A stretch of 64,000 bases of DNA from a virus: positions 4,544-68,543 of IMG/VR virus record IMGVR_UViG_3300020185_004854. One strand, 5' to 3'. Positions within the stretch are counted from its first letter, which is position 1. Every line of letters begins with the position of its first letter. Under the pieces are notes generated by a model. It saw only the letters and a list, made by a program, of their open reading frames with translations. It was not told the origin of the DNA and searched no databases. A program made the translations under genes and the position numbers. This document shows positions 19,125 to 28,773 of this stretch, one piece after another.

Positions 19125-19502
19125 CTACATTAATAACGTTTGAATATTATTCTTATCAATCTCTAATTGCGAAATCAAGTCTAAAGTTAAGCCTTTTAAA
19201 GTTGATAGAGAGTCGGAATCAAAATCGAGTAAATGCCCATTCTCACCCGAGACGTTTTCGCTCAATGAAGCTTTCTGGATTTCATCTAAAGAATGTATTT
19301 GTTTGTAATACAAATTATAAAGAGAGTTGATAGACTCGCTAAGGTTTTGATGTAAGTTTTTTTTCTCAGAAACGCTTAAATGCAATTCGTTATTTAAATA
19401 AGAATCCAGAACAAAATGATAAGTTTGATAGGAAGGTTCAAAATTTAAGACTTCTTTAGAGTAAAAACTAAAAGAATCCCAAGCTAGTTCAAGCCTACTC
19501 AC
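19125..19502 (-). CDS. hypothetical protein
   Basis: start revised to GTG 19502 so that it does not overlap the tRNA. Confidence 0.55.
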   Translation of the reverse strand: MSRLELAWDSFSFYSKEVLNFEPSYQTYHFVLDSYLNNELHLSVSEKKNLHQNLSESINSLYNLYYKQIHSLDEIQKASLSENVSGENGHLLDFDSDSLSTLKGLTLDLISQLEIDKNNIQTLLM

Positions 19503-19517
19503 GATTAAAGATGCGAG

Positions 19518-19593
19518 TGGAGCCACCTGTCGGGGTCGAACCGACGACATCCTCATTACAAGTGAGGCGCTCTACCAACTGAGCTAAGGTGGC
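19518..19593 (-). tRNA. tRNA-Thr(UGU) with encoded CCA
   Basis: GCCACCT acceptor, D arm AGCTCAGTTGGTAGAGC, anticodon arm CCTCA-CTTGTAA-TGAGG, GGTTCGAC T loop; 76 nt. Confidence 0.97.
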
Positions 19594-19601
19594 TAGATTA
19601 A

Positions 19602-19775
19602 TTATAAAAATTTCCACAAAATATTAAGCTCTTTTAAGCCGCAATACTTAGCGAAGTAAGCGCAAAATTTAGCAAAATCTTTACTACTCCAGTCTTCTTT
19701 ATTTATAGCTTCGCTAGCAGAAGCGTAATTACCATTGAGCCATAAGTCTGTTATTTTTATATAGGTGTTTTTCAT
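19602..19775 (-). CDS. hypothetical protein
   Basis: ATG 19775 behind TTGACT-17-TATTGT. Confidence 0.55.
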   Translation of the reverse strand: MKNTYIKITDLWLNGNYASASEAINKEDWSSKDFAKFCAYFAKYCGLKELNILWKFL

Positions 19776-19819
19776 ATAACAATACAATATAAAACATAAC
19801 GCAAGAAGTCAAGGGAAAA

Positions 19820-20077
19820 TTACTCAGGATTCCAATTTAAGGCTTTTTTAATTTCTGATTTCGGAAGCCCACCAGATGTTCTCGCGTAAGTTTTACCCGA
19901 TCTTTCAAAAACTAAAGTTGGCACGGACATTATTTCATACTCAGAAGCTAAAGATCGGTTGTCATCAATATCAATAATATCAATGTTTTCACCTTCACTT
20001 TTTAACTCTTCGATAGTAGGTTTAAAAGACCTGCAAGGTCCGCACCAAGCAGCGGTAAAGTACTTTAAGTTGTTCAC
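19820..20077 (-). CDS. trxA: thioredoxin
   Basis: FTAAWCGPC, SVPTL. Confidence 0.92.
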   Translation of the reverse strand: MNNLKYFTAAWCGPCRSFKPTIEELKSEGENIDIIDIDDNRSLASEYEIMSVPTLVFERSGKTYARTSGGLPKSEIKKALNWNPE

Positions 20078-20412
20078 GAATTAGTTTTAGAGCTTTTAAG
20101 CTCTTCAATTGCAGCATTAATTTCCTGATCGATTTCTTGAGCCACCTCTTGGTGTTTTTTATTTAAATCATTTCTCTTATCAAGGACATGCTTGGATTCT
20201 TCAATAGATAAGCCATGACTAATCATGTTGGTAGCAATTTGATTGTATTTATGAATAGCTCCATTTTTAATACATTGCGTGCATCCAGGCTTACTGATTT
20301 CAATACCCCAAGCTTCTCGGAGTATTTCAAAATCCGCTTTAAATTGACTTTCAATCAAGTCTTCATCTAAGTTCGTGAAATTTTTAAGTATATTTTGTTG
20401 TTCTTCATTCAT
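20074..20412 (-). CDS. hypothetical protein with CxxC, coupled to thioredoxin
   Basis: PGCTQC; overlaps the trx start. Confidence 0.6.
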   Translation of the reverse strand: MNEEQQNILKNFTNLDEDLIESQFKADFEILREAWGIEISKPGCTQCIKNGAIHKYNQIATNMISHGLSIEESKHVLDKRNDLNKKHQEVAQEIDQEINAAIEELKSSKTNS

Positions 20413-20460
20413 AATTTTAAATTGTATATAGCTATATAATATATATAAAGCTTTAATTTT

Positions 20461-21039
20461 CTATTTTTTTTTACTTTTCCAGCGTAAAATTTTTTCGCAC
20501 AAATCATAAAGCTCTTCACAACTCAATTGCCCTTTAGCAGAATTTGCTTCCTTAAGGCATATTTGAAGATTATCTAAATTATTCGAGCCTCCTTTAGCAG
20601 TGGGTATTACATGATCAAGATTATAAGTTTCAGGTTGGTTTAAGTTAATAGGCGTTCCTGTTAGATAGCATATAGGGTTTTCTCCTATCTTATCTATAAC
20701 ATCTTGACAAGAATAATTAACAGAAACATTGTTAACAATGGAGTGGCTTTTCGAACTTGAAGAAATCTTTTTTTTGAAATTACCAACTTTATTCTTTAAT
20801 AAAATATGGTAATTAGAGCTAGAACATCTAGATTTAAACCCCGAAACTTTTCTGCAAATTTTTTTACGCCTCCTCGTTAATTCTTGAACTCTTTTTTTCT
20901 CCTTACCGCCATCGCAATGATAAGCTATAGTAGACTTCGAGCATCCTAAAATTTTTGAAATTTCATTGTAACTTTTGCCTTCACCCCTCAACTTAAGAAT
21001 GGAGTCTTTTCTAGGAACATTGTTTAGTTTTCTATCCAC
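20461..21039 (-). CDS. HTH-HNH endonuclease
   Basis: GKSYNEISKILGCSKSTI (HTH); LDHVIP..GGSNNLDNL..N..KG (HNH). Confidence 0.85.
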   Translation of the reverse strand: MDRKLNNVPRKDSILKLRGEGKSYNEISKILGCSKSTIAYHCDGGKEKKRVQELTRRRKKICRKVSGFKSRCSSSNYHILLKNKVGNFKKKISSSSKSHSIVNNVSVNYSCQDVIDKIGENPICYLTGTPINLNQPETYNLDHVIPTAKGGSNNLDNLQICLKEANSAKGQLSCEELYDLCEKILRWKSKKK

Positions 21040-21568
21040 TCGAAGCTAAATGTAAATTTTTTTTAAAACGATTAATAACTCTATTTCTATATTGATAATA
21101 ACTACATTTTTTAATATTCATTAAAGACATAATGGAAAGCCTATCTTCGCCATTTTCAAAAAGAAGGTAAAACTCCAACTCTCTAGGTGTTAAGAATTTA
21201 GATTTTATCCGTGATATAATATTTTTTTTAACAAAACTATCTTCTTTGCTTTGCAGAATAGATTTAGGGCAAAGTTTACCGTCACAACCTAAGTCTCCAA
21301 CAAAATCAGCATTATCTTCTCTGTTGCGTTTTTTCTGGCTAAGGAACTTTTTAATTTGAAAATGGCAAATTGTAAACGCCCAACTATAAAAACTCTTCTT
21401 AGGATTATAATTTATTTTATTTTGAATTAAGATTAAGAGAGTGTTTTGCAAAACATCTTTCGCGTCTTCATTGTTGTAAATTCTGGGCGAGATGAACTTA
21501 AACAAAAAAGGCTTGATAAGTTCTATTTTTTTAGAGTAATTTAACTCTTTATTAATTATATCTTTCAT
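21032..21568 (-). CDS. ECF-type sigma-70 family factor
   Basis: DAKDVLQNTLL, FYSWAFTI (region 2); LTPRELE and HTH (region 4). Confidence 0.8.
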   Translation of the reverse strand: MKDIINKELNYSKKIELIKPFLFKFISPRIYNNEDAKDVLQNTLLILIQNKINYNPKKSFYSWAFTICHFQIKKFLSQKKRNREDNADFVGDLGCDGKLCPKSILQSKEDSFVKKNIISRIKSKFLTPRELEFYLLFENGEDRLSIMSLMNIKKCSYYQYRNRVINRFKKNLHLASSG

Positions 21569-22985
21569 TTGAGATCATTAACCTCTATTTGTAGAGAATT
21601 ATTTTTATTTTTAATTATTGATAAATTTATATTTGTATAGTTTTCCGTAAATAAATGAAAATAAACAATTTCAAGAAGCTCTGAAAGATTTGCGTCTTCA
21701 ATACTTTCATCGGTTAAATCTTCTTGATAGATTTTAAACAAAATGTCTTCAAGTTTTTTGAGAGAATATTCATTATCTTTATCGTTCTTATAATCTTTGT
21801 TAAATGCTATCATGGTAAAACTAATCTATCGACATCATTTTCTAAATCTAAATTATTCCAATACCTGTGATCGTTTTGGCAGTAGCAAATATCCTGAAAT
21901 AGTACTAACTTAGCAGGAGTTTTATCATCGGGGAATAAACGAATCAAGAACCCTACAGCATCTCCTTCTGGAACTCTCCCAGAGCCATCAATAAACTCAA
22001 AACACTCGTCATAATCATGTTCAGAATAAATTATTTGAGTGGAATTAATTTTCATTCTCTAGACTTTTGATTAATGATTTGCCATATTGCCCCTTGGGTT
22101 TGTTTTGCTCGTTAGTAGAATCTAGTAACATTTTATAAAAAACTCGCCTCTTCAAATTAAGAGTTTCAAAGTCTGTATTATGAGCGACTGCAATTTCCAA
22201 ATCTAAAATTTTATTAGATTGATTTGAATAATTCAAAACTAGAAAAATAACCGCAGCTACCCAAAAGAATCTTTCTTTATTAAGCATTATGAATAACCTC
22301 ACTTTCATCAATCCATCTAGGCGGTATGCCAGCGAGAATTCTATACACATCTTTTTTCTCTACAGAAATAGTCTGACTTCTATAGTTATGTTTTTTCATC
22401 ATTGAGCAATGATACTCAAAAGCGTCTTTAGCGCTTTCCGCTGTGTAGTAATGATAACTATCATTTGCGGAATGACCAGCTCCAGCATTGTATTTAATTC
22501 TAAATTCAAAAAGTTTAGGACTAGAATACTTCTTTAAACTCATGGTAAATATCCTCAAATAAAACTAGATCTATACTATAGCTATCAAAGAGCGTCTCTT
22601 CCTTTTCCACTTCATAACCTACCGCAACGCCTTCCTCTACAGGTAGGTCATTTTTGACCCAAAAAAATTCTTCATCTGTCCCCGCATATATTAATTGTGA
22701 GCTTTTGTTTATATTTACATGTTTCATGTTAAGTATATTAATTAATTATTAAAACATTTCTAATTGATCTTCATATCGTGCCGCATGCTCACCTTGTCTA
22801 TCGGGGTTTTTTTTGTTTCTCAACCAATTTCTTTGAGCCATGCGAACAACAAAGCGCATAAACGCAAAAGCATAAACTTTATTTAATTCGATAGAACCCC
22901 CACCTTCACCATCTATTATTAGAAACTTTTTGGTTTCTTCGTCATATTCAAACTCTACGTTTTTTAGTTTTTTATTTATTTTCAT
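21565..22985 (-). other. six small hypothetical CDS (21565-21813, 21810-22055, 22045-~22287, 22280-~22543, 22521-22727, 22749-22985)
   Basis: contiguous co-oriented ORFs. Confidence 0.6.
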
Positions 22986-23116
22986 TGTTCACAAAAAACA
23001 TTATTGTTAATCTCTTTACCGCTTTGGCATGGCGCATTGCATATAATGGTATTGTATCCATCATTTCTCCTGTTTAGGATTTTACTTACATTCTTCTTAG
23101 TGTTTGGGTAATGCAT
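22982..23116 (-). pseudogene. 44 aa N-terminal fragment homologous to the helicase at 7794-9458
   Basis: MHYPNTKKNVSKILNRRNDGYNTIICNAPCQSGKEINNNVFCEQ*; 23 of 30 aligned residues identical. Confidence 0.8.
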
Positions 23117-23122
23117 GATGTA

Positions 23123-23151
23123 ATCATAGCATTATATAAAACAAGAGTCAA
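23123..23151 (-). promoter_or_regulatory. sigma70 promoter TTGACT-17-TATGAT, leaderless
   Basis: -10 ends 7 nt before ATG 23116. Confidence 0.75.
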
Positions 23152-23170
23152 GGAAATTATTAATTAAATT

Positions 23171-24304
23171 TTATATAAAGATAGTTTCAGAATTTATATT
23201 ATTTAGAATGTCTGCTTTTATTTCTTCATCATAAAAACCTGCTTTTAATATGACCATTGGTTTTTTATAATTATTTAAAACCTTGGGTGATTCAACATAG
23301 AGTGATGTGCCGTAGAGTCTTTTATTTTGCTTGGCAGTATCGTTATCTAAAATATTAATTATGTTTTTTTCCCTAACTCCGAACGCAAGGAGGTATTGGG
23401 TGAAAATGTGTGCTCCAAAAATGAAAACACCATCTTTATAATCCTTAATTTTACTGTTTATTTGATAAACAATATCTTTGTGATATTGTATGTAATCGAA
23501 AAAAAGTTTTTTGTTATTTTGATAGAATCCTTCGTAATATTGTTTTGATTCGAGAAAATCAACTTTTTTGCAAGCGTAAAATATACTGTGATCGTCTCTA
23601 AAATAGACTTTTTCTAAGATTTCAAAATTAAATTTATTTAATATTATATCGACATATTCTTCAGATAAGTACACTGTATGTTCAAAATTTAGTGCATTAG
23701 TAAAGCGATTTTTTAACATTTTCCTTAGATTAGGAATACTAAATAAGAGAGTTTTTTGTTGTCCAATGAAATTTGAAAGGTGCTCAACAAATTTACTAGG
23801 GTAATAAATGTGTTCGAAGACATGCGAGTGTACTATTGTATCATAGTGATCTTCAAATTTAAAACTATCATCAAAAAAAGTCTTTAGAAACTTTGCTTTG
23901 ACGCCAGGTAGTGGAGTTGGATTAGGTTCTATTATTGTCCAATCAACTTCTTGAAAATCATGATATACTTTTGAGAGAATTCCATGAGCACCACCGATTT
24001 CCAGGATGCTACTTGGATTATATTTATGAATGAATGACGCAAAGTTTCTATGATGTTCGTCCCATAGACCCCCGATACATCCTGAACCATGAGATTCAGG
24101 ATACAAAACCTCAAGTGGTAATAATTCTGACAATTGAATAATCCCACTTTCTTTTGATATTTCCCATGACATATCAAATTTTTTATCGGTTGTTTCATCC
24201 TGTAATGTACAACCCATGTACACAGGGAAATTCTTGAAAGTGTAAAGGTGTTCTAAGTTTTTTGAACCTGTCATTTCGCAATGTTTTCTCTTAATTATTT
24301 TCAT
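23171..24304 (-). CDS. NDP-sugar C-methyltransferase-like SAM methyltransferase
   Basis: LEIGGAHG, HVFEH, FEH, FGA..ILDND..KQNKRLYGT architecture. Confidence 0.75.
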   Translation of the reverse strand: MKIIKRKHCEMTGSKNLEHLYTFKNFPVYMGCTLQDETTDKKFDMSWEISKESGIIQLSELLPLEVLYPESHGSGCIGGLWDEHHRNFASFIHKYNPSSILEIGGAHGILSKVYHDFQEVDWTIIEPNPTPLPGVKAKFLKTFFDDSFKFEDHYDTIVHSHVFEHIYYPSKFVEHLSNFIGQQKTLLFSIPNLRKMLKNRFTNALNFEHTVYLSEEYVDIILNKFNFEILEKVYFRDDHSIFYACKKVDFLESKQYYEGFYQNNKKLFFDYIQYHKDIVYQINSKIKDYKDGVFIFGAHIFTQYLLAFGVREKNIINILDNDTAKQNKRLYGTSLYVESPKVLNNYKKPMVILKAGFYDEEIKADILNNINSETIFI

Positions 24305-24326
24305 TTAAAAGTAAAATTATTAGTTT

Positions 24327-26267
24327 TTATTGTTCGAGTTGTATTAAATTATAATAATGAATACAATTTTCATTATCATGTAAGGGTATTAAACTGAATA
24401 AAAAGCTATTTGTAATGACTTTTAAGTGATTAAAATCTTCTTCAGAAAACCAAGATAAGAAGATTTCTTTAAACTCATTAAGCATTGCGTTTTTGTAATC
24501 AGCATTAACAGATTTATTTAATAAAATTTCATCATAACCCAATAAAGATTGATAAATTTTTGCCCAATCATATAGATAGTCACCATATATTGTAAGGGTA
24601 TCCCCTAGTTTTCCTCGCATATCAATAAATTTTATTTTATGATTTTCATTGATTAAAATATTTGAAAAAACTGGATCTCCGTGAATACAACTAATTCTCC
24701 CCAAATTTTTAGATTCGTAGAAGTCTAATTGTTTACATATCGCATCATAAACTTGAGCGGAATTATTAAACCTAGTATAATCATAACTTTCATATCTTTC
24801 TTTTAATTTTGTTTTATAATTTTGATATATATTTATTGTGGAATTATTAGGAGTAATTTTTTGTAATCTCATAATGGATTCCATTACAGCTCTTAAGTTG
24901 TTTGGTTTGAGTAATTCGGATACATATAAATTTGAGACGGTTAATCCCCCCGTTTTTTCTATAGAATACCAAGTTTTATTAATGTCATAATCAATAAAAA
25001 GAGGGAACATGTCTTTAACTTGAGGGGGGATATTCGAGTAAAAATAAATTTCACCAGATAAATCAGTAGATTTTTTAGTGTAAATTTCAAGAGAAGATTT
25101 TTCTAAAACATTAAAGTCCCTAGGTTTTATAGAATCTTGATAGAAGCCAGTTTTCTTTTCTAGATTAGAGAAAGCTGAAATAGCGTTATCATCGATATAG
25201 AAATCTGCATGAGGTTTACCGAAATATATTTCATCGTAAGGTATGTCGAATTTATCTAAGGTCTCAAATGTCACTTTCCCGATGTCAGCGTTCACCGCAC
25301 CTAAATTACTTTTATGAGTTTTCATTCTGCGAGCAGTATGAATAATAATTTTGTGACCAAAACTTTTTAAATATTTTAAGAAGTTAATGTTTTTTTGTAT
25401 AGGTAGAACGGTAGAATAATCATTTGGAACTTGTGGGTAAGATACTAATGTATTATCAAGGTCAAAGCAAAATTTTAAAACTTTCATATTGACAGTTCCA
25501 TCTATAGACGAAACTTTCGGGTAATTGTTGCAAAACTGTCTCAATAGGAGAGGAGTACCTAAAGGATGATAATTGTTTTTGCCAACTAAGCTTGCTGTAA
25601 AAGGTATTTCATCATCAACCATTAGTTTTATGCAAACAGATGTATAAAATTCATTATTAGATTTTAAATTGTTGTCTAATGCGATTTGCGTATAACTCAA
25701 AAGCTGTTGATAGGAAGCAAACCCATAAGCTCCGCAACAAGCAAAATCAGAAATTCTATTTTTTTCTTGCAAATCTAATACACGATAGTTTTTATCTTTT
25801 AATATATAAGAGTGTGCGCAGCTAGAACTTAAATCTTGAAAATAGAAAATTTTATTTTTATGATTCCATTTTTTGATGATATTTTCTGTGTAAAAATTGT
25901 CCGAATCGAGGCAAATAATAGGAAGATCGTAATCAAGAGGCAAACTTTTTAAAGTAAGATTTATAGTTTCAGCAGCTCCTCTTGTAGGCTCGCTTAAACA
26001 TTTAAAGGAAAAATTGATTTCAGGGAATTCTTTTCTAAAGGTGTCTTCAAGCCTGTATTTTTCATGCATTTTGTGATACGTAATACAGACCAAGGTTTCT
26101 TTATTAATTTTTAAATTATTAATTAAATGAACAAGAATAGACTCCCCGAAGACTTTTATTAACGCTTTTGGCTCTTCGTAATTATTTAATTGAAAGCGAT
26201 TACCAATGCCACCAATAGGAATTAGGATAATTTGCTCAAAGGGAAATTCATTTTTAGGTAAACTCAT
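24327..26267 (-). CDS. fusion of nucleotidyltransferase, capsule-biosynthesis HAD phosphatase and APH/choline-kinase-like domain
   Basis: PIGGIGNRF..PK; FDLDNTL..TARRM..FGKPHADFYIDD; HGDPVFSN..FIDMRG. Confidence 0.85.
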   Translation of the reverse strand: MSLPKNEFPFEQIILIPIGGIGNRFQLNNYEEPKALIKVFGESILVHLINNLKINKETLVCITYHKMHEKYRLEDTFRKEFPEINFSFKCLSEPTRGAAETINLTLKSLPLDYDLPIICLDSDNFYTENIIKKWNHKNKIFYFQDLSSSCAHSYILKDKNYRVLDLQEKNRISDFACCGAYGFASYQQLLSYTQIALDNNLKSNNEFYTSVCIKLMVDDEIPFTASLVGKNNYHPLGTPLLLRQFCNNYPKVSSIDGTVNMKVLKFCFDLDNTLVSYPQVPNDYSTVLPIQKNINFLKYLKSFGHKIIIHTARRMKTHKSNLGAVNADIGKVTFETLDKFDIPYDEIYFGKPHADFYIDDNAISAFSNLEKKTGFYQDSIKPRDFNVLEKSSLEIYTKKSTDLSGEIYFYSNIPPQVKDMFPLFIDYDINKTWYSIEKTGGLTVSNLYVSELLKPNNLRAVMESIMRLQKITPNNSTINIYQNYKTKLKERYESYDYTRFNNSAQVYDAICKQLDFYESKNLGRISCIHGDPVFSNILINENHKIKFIDMRGKLGDTLTIYGDYLYDWAKIYQSLLGYDEILLNKSVNADYKNAMLNEFKEIFLSWFSEEDFNHLKVITNSFLFSLIPLHDNENCIHYYNLIQLEQ

Positions 26268-26275
26268 CGTAATTT

Positions 26276-27064
26276 TTAAGATTTAAAAAGTTCGTGTAAT
26301 AATTCTTGTCTAGCAATAGAAGTTAAAGTACCTTCACGATGTTTACTAACTGAAGTTCGCATTAACCAGCAATCTTTAAAACTTAAGTGACCAGTGCGAG
26401 AGTGCATGGAGAAAGGATGGTCTCCTTGCCTCCAGTTGGTTATATGTTCTCGATCTTGATTTAAGCCAGGACTAATTAGATCAGGGAATGCAAAAATAGG
26501 AGGGGCAAATTGAGTTTTGGGGATTTTATAATGCTCCATAAACCAGCCATACCAATTATCATCCATCGAATTAGAATGTGGAAAATTAGATGGATTTGAA
26601 ACAATTAATTCTACCATATCTCTACTTAAAGCAAACCCTAGACCGTGCGCATAATTCCTGGTGCCAAAACAACCTCCATAGATATTATTTTTTGGTAAAT
26701 TTGAAAAGATTGCATATAAATTGTCTAAGTGAAGATAAGGCGTTATATTTACCCGAAACAAGAAATCAAAGTCAAAATTATTTAATGCAAACTCGAACAT
26801 TTTAACGGTTTTTGTAGCGGTTTGATAAGCGCCAGTAGGTCCATCTGGACAATCTAAATAAAGCTCTCTTTCTTCTTCTAGAAATTTATCTTCACCAAGA
26901 CCTCCATAAAAGAAAAAATGATTAAAATTAGGGTGAGGTTTAGAAAGCCAAGTTTTTTTCACAGAAGCTTCGAGTAATTCACTATTGTTTCCAAAACTTG
27001 TGCCCACAGAAAGGGAGGGCTTCCAGGACATAATTGGCAATAAAATTTTTAAATTTTTATTCAC
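26276..27064 (-). CDS. GT31-like glycosyltransferase
   Basis: KKTW..KT..F..DFLFR..YGG..G.GFALSRD..DD. Confidence 0.65.
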   Translation of the reverse strand: MNKNLKILLPIMSWKPSLSVGTSFGNNSELLEASVKKTWLSKPHPNFNHFFFYGGLGEDKFLEEERELYLDCPDGPTGAYQTATKTVKMFEFALNNFDFDFLFRVNITPYLHLDNLYAIFSNLPKNNIYGGCFGTRNYAHGLGFALSRDMVELIVSNPSNFPHSNSMDDNWYGWFMEHYKIPKTQFAPPIFAFPDLISPGLNQDREHITNWRQGDHPFSMHSRTGHLSFKDCWLMRTSVSKHREGTLTSIARQELLHELFKS

Positions 27065-28400
27065 AAGTAACGGCTAGAGGAGTAGCTATATTAAGATCTA
27101 GATGACTGTATTTAGTATTTAGATTATCAACATCTTTCCAAGCTTTGCGAACATAAGGGTGAAAATTGTCTTCAATATTTATTGGCGTTGAGAATGGCTG
27201 AGAAAGAAGGGCGTCATCAATTAACTTTTCTAGGTTAGATGGAATGCTTTTAGTTAAATTTTCTTGCTCTGAATAACCTAAAACATCAATCATTTTGATA
27301 TATTTGCTTATAGAGGAAAATTTACAATCTTCTCTTAGTTGAAGAGTGTTGTTGCCATGAACGTGTTCATGCAAACAGATTTCAATGCCTCCATGGGGCA
27401 TGAAAAAATTGCGACACCTCGCTGTTCCAGAACCAGCTATTATCACGCGAGCTTGATTTATGAGGTTAAGCTGTTTCCCGAAATCATTAGTCATAGGAAT
27501 TCCATTCCTTATCCAAGATGTGCTGTTACTGCCAATTGGGAACAAATTTTCATCAATGTGCAAAGGCATTAAATAGTCATTATAATCTATGATTTCAAAA
27601 ATAAACTTATTTTTATATTTTTCATTAAGTTTGCTGAATAAATTTTCAATACCATGAAAAGGGCGTTTATTTTTAATATAAAGAATTTTATTTAAATCAA
27701 CAACAGATCGATTTCTATTTATATTATACCTCTTAAACATTCTTTCAATAAAAATATCAACAGGATCTTCAGCTCCAGCCTCTAAAAAACCTCTGCCCAT
27801 TCCAGCTTGATATTTTGGATATAAAACGTCGTTAGAACCTGCTATCGCACAGGACACATTAGCGTTAGCAGGAGCAATAACTGGGAAGAGATATTCAATC
27901 TTTACCGCTTCTCCGCTAAAGCATTGTTTAAATGTATGCCTGTTCCGAACAATTGAGCCACTAAATTGACTGATTATTTGGTGGTTGCGTCCCACGCCCC
28001 ACTTGGGATTTGATGCAGCAATACTTACGGGAATATAGTCGTCGAAACTTTTTTCCCTTAAAGAATGGAAAATATTATACCAAGAACCGTACATAGCATC
28101 CCAGAGATTGTGCAGGATAGCGTCGTGGAGATGTTGATTGACAACGGGGACATTTTTATTATTTAAAGTTAAATAAGGTAATTTCGCGGGATCAATATGT
28201 TTAGGCAAAGTATGATGGTCGAGTGGGAGAACTGGTAAAGCCCATTGGGATAATGCGGGGCCATCCATATCAAAATTATCAAGCTGGTCTTTAGATGCGT
28301 AAAATGAGCCATTATAATAAACTGCATCTTTAAGATATAACTTTTTATATTCAAAAGTTTGCAATTTGCCAATAGAATAATACTTTTTAGAGATATCCAT
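27057..28400 (-). CDS. GT61-like glycosyltransferase
   Basis: H..W, NKR..QLNLINQARVIIAGSGTA..FMP.G..I. Confidence 0.55.
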   Translation of the reverse strand: MDISKKYYSIGKLQTFEYKKLYLKDAVYYNGSFYASKDQLDNFDMDGPALSQWALPVLPLDHHTLPKHIDPAKLPYLTLNNKNVPVVNQHLHDAILHNLWDAMYGSWYNIFHSLREKSFDDYIPVSIAASNPKWGVGRNHQIISQFSGSIVRNRHTFKQCFSGEAVKIEYLFPVIAPANANVSCAIAGSNDVLYPKYQAGMGRGFLEAGAEDPVDIFIERMFKRYNINRNRSVVDLNKILYIKNKRPFHGIENLFSKLNEKYKNKFIFEIIDYNDYLMPLHIDENLFPIGSNSTSWIRNGIPMTNDFGKQLNLINQARVIIAGSGTARCRNFFMPHGGIEICLHEHVHGNNTLQLREDCKFSSISKYIKMIDVLGYSEQENLTKSIPSNLEKLIDDALLSQPFSTPINIEDNFHPYVRKAWKDVDNLNTKYSHLDLNIATPLAVTCE

Positions 28401-28403
28401 GTT

Positions 28404-28748
28404 TTAAGAAAAATTTACCCACATGAGAGTAACTTTGTTATTCTCATTAAAATTAAGTAAAATTTGCCCAGGAAACGAATGATTTCCAAGATCAATATCG
28501 AAATCAATTAAAGCGTCATCTTCCCAATGCTTAATTTCTTTACTTTTAAGAGTAAAATCTTCTGCAAAAAAAGATTCGAAAAATAATTTTAAATTTGTTT
28601 TTCCACCTAACTTGTGAAAGTTGTCTCTGTAAAGAGCATTTTCATCGAAAAGATCAATTAATAAATCTATAGATTTTAAGCGATAAGCCGCGAAAAAAAT
28701 AATACTTAAATCAGTAGCATTGAAACGGGGAATGTGAGGATTATTCAT
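28404..28748 (-). CDS. SnoaL/NTF2-like protein
   Basis: FFAAY..IDLLIDLFDENALY..G...FF...FNENNKV. Confidence 0.6.
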   Translation of the reverse strand: MNNPHIPRFNATDLSIIFFAAYRLKSIDLLIDLFDENALYRDNFHKLGGKTNLKLFFESFFAEDFTLKSKEIKHWEDDALIDFDIDLGNHSFPGQILLNFNENNKVTLMWVNFS

Positions 28749-28773
28749 TAATTATAAATACACACAAAAAAAA

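Noticed and set aside
19503-19556. N-terminal extension of ORF 19125-19556
   Set aside because: It overlaps the tRNA-Thr; GTG 19502 is the plausible start.
20461-21039. HNH gene as part of a mobile intron
   Set aside because: Free-standing, coupled to the sigma gene, with no interrupted host gene or intron structure visible.
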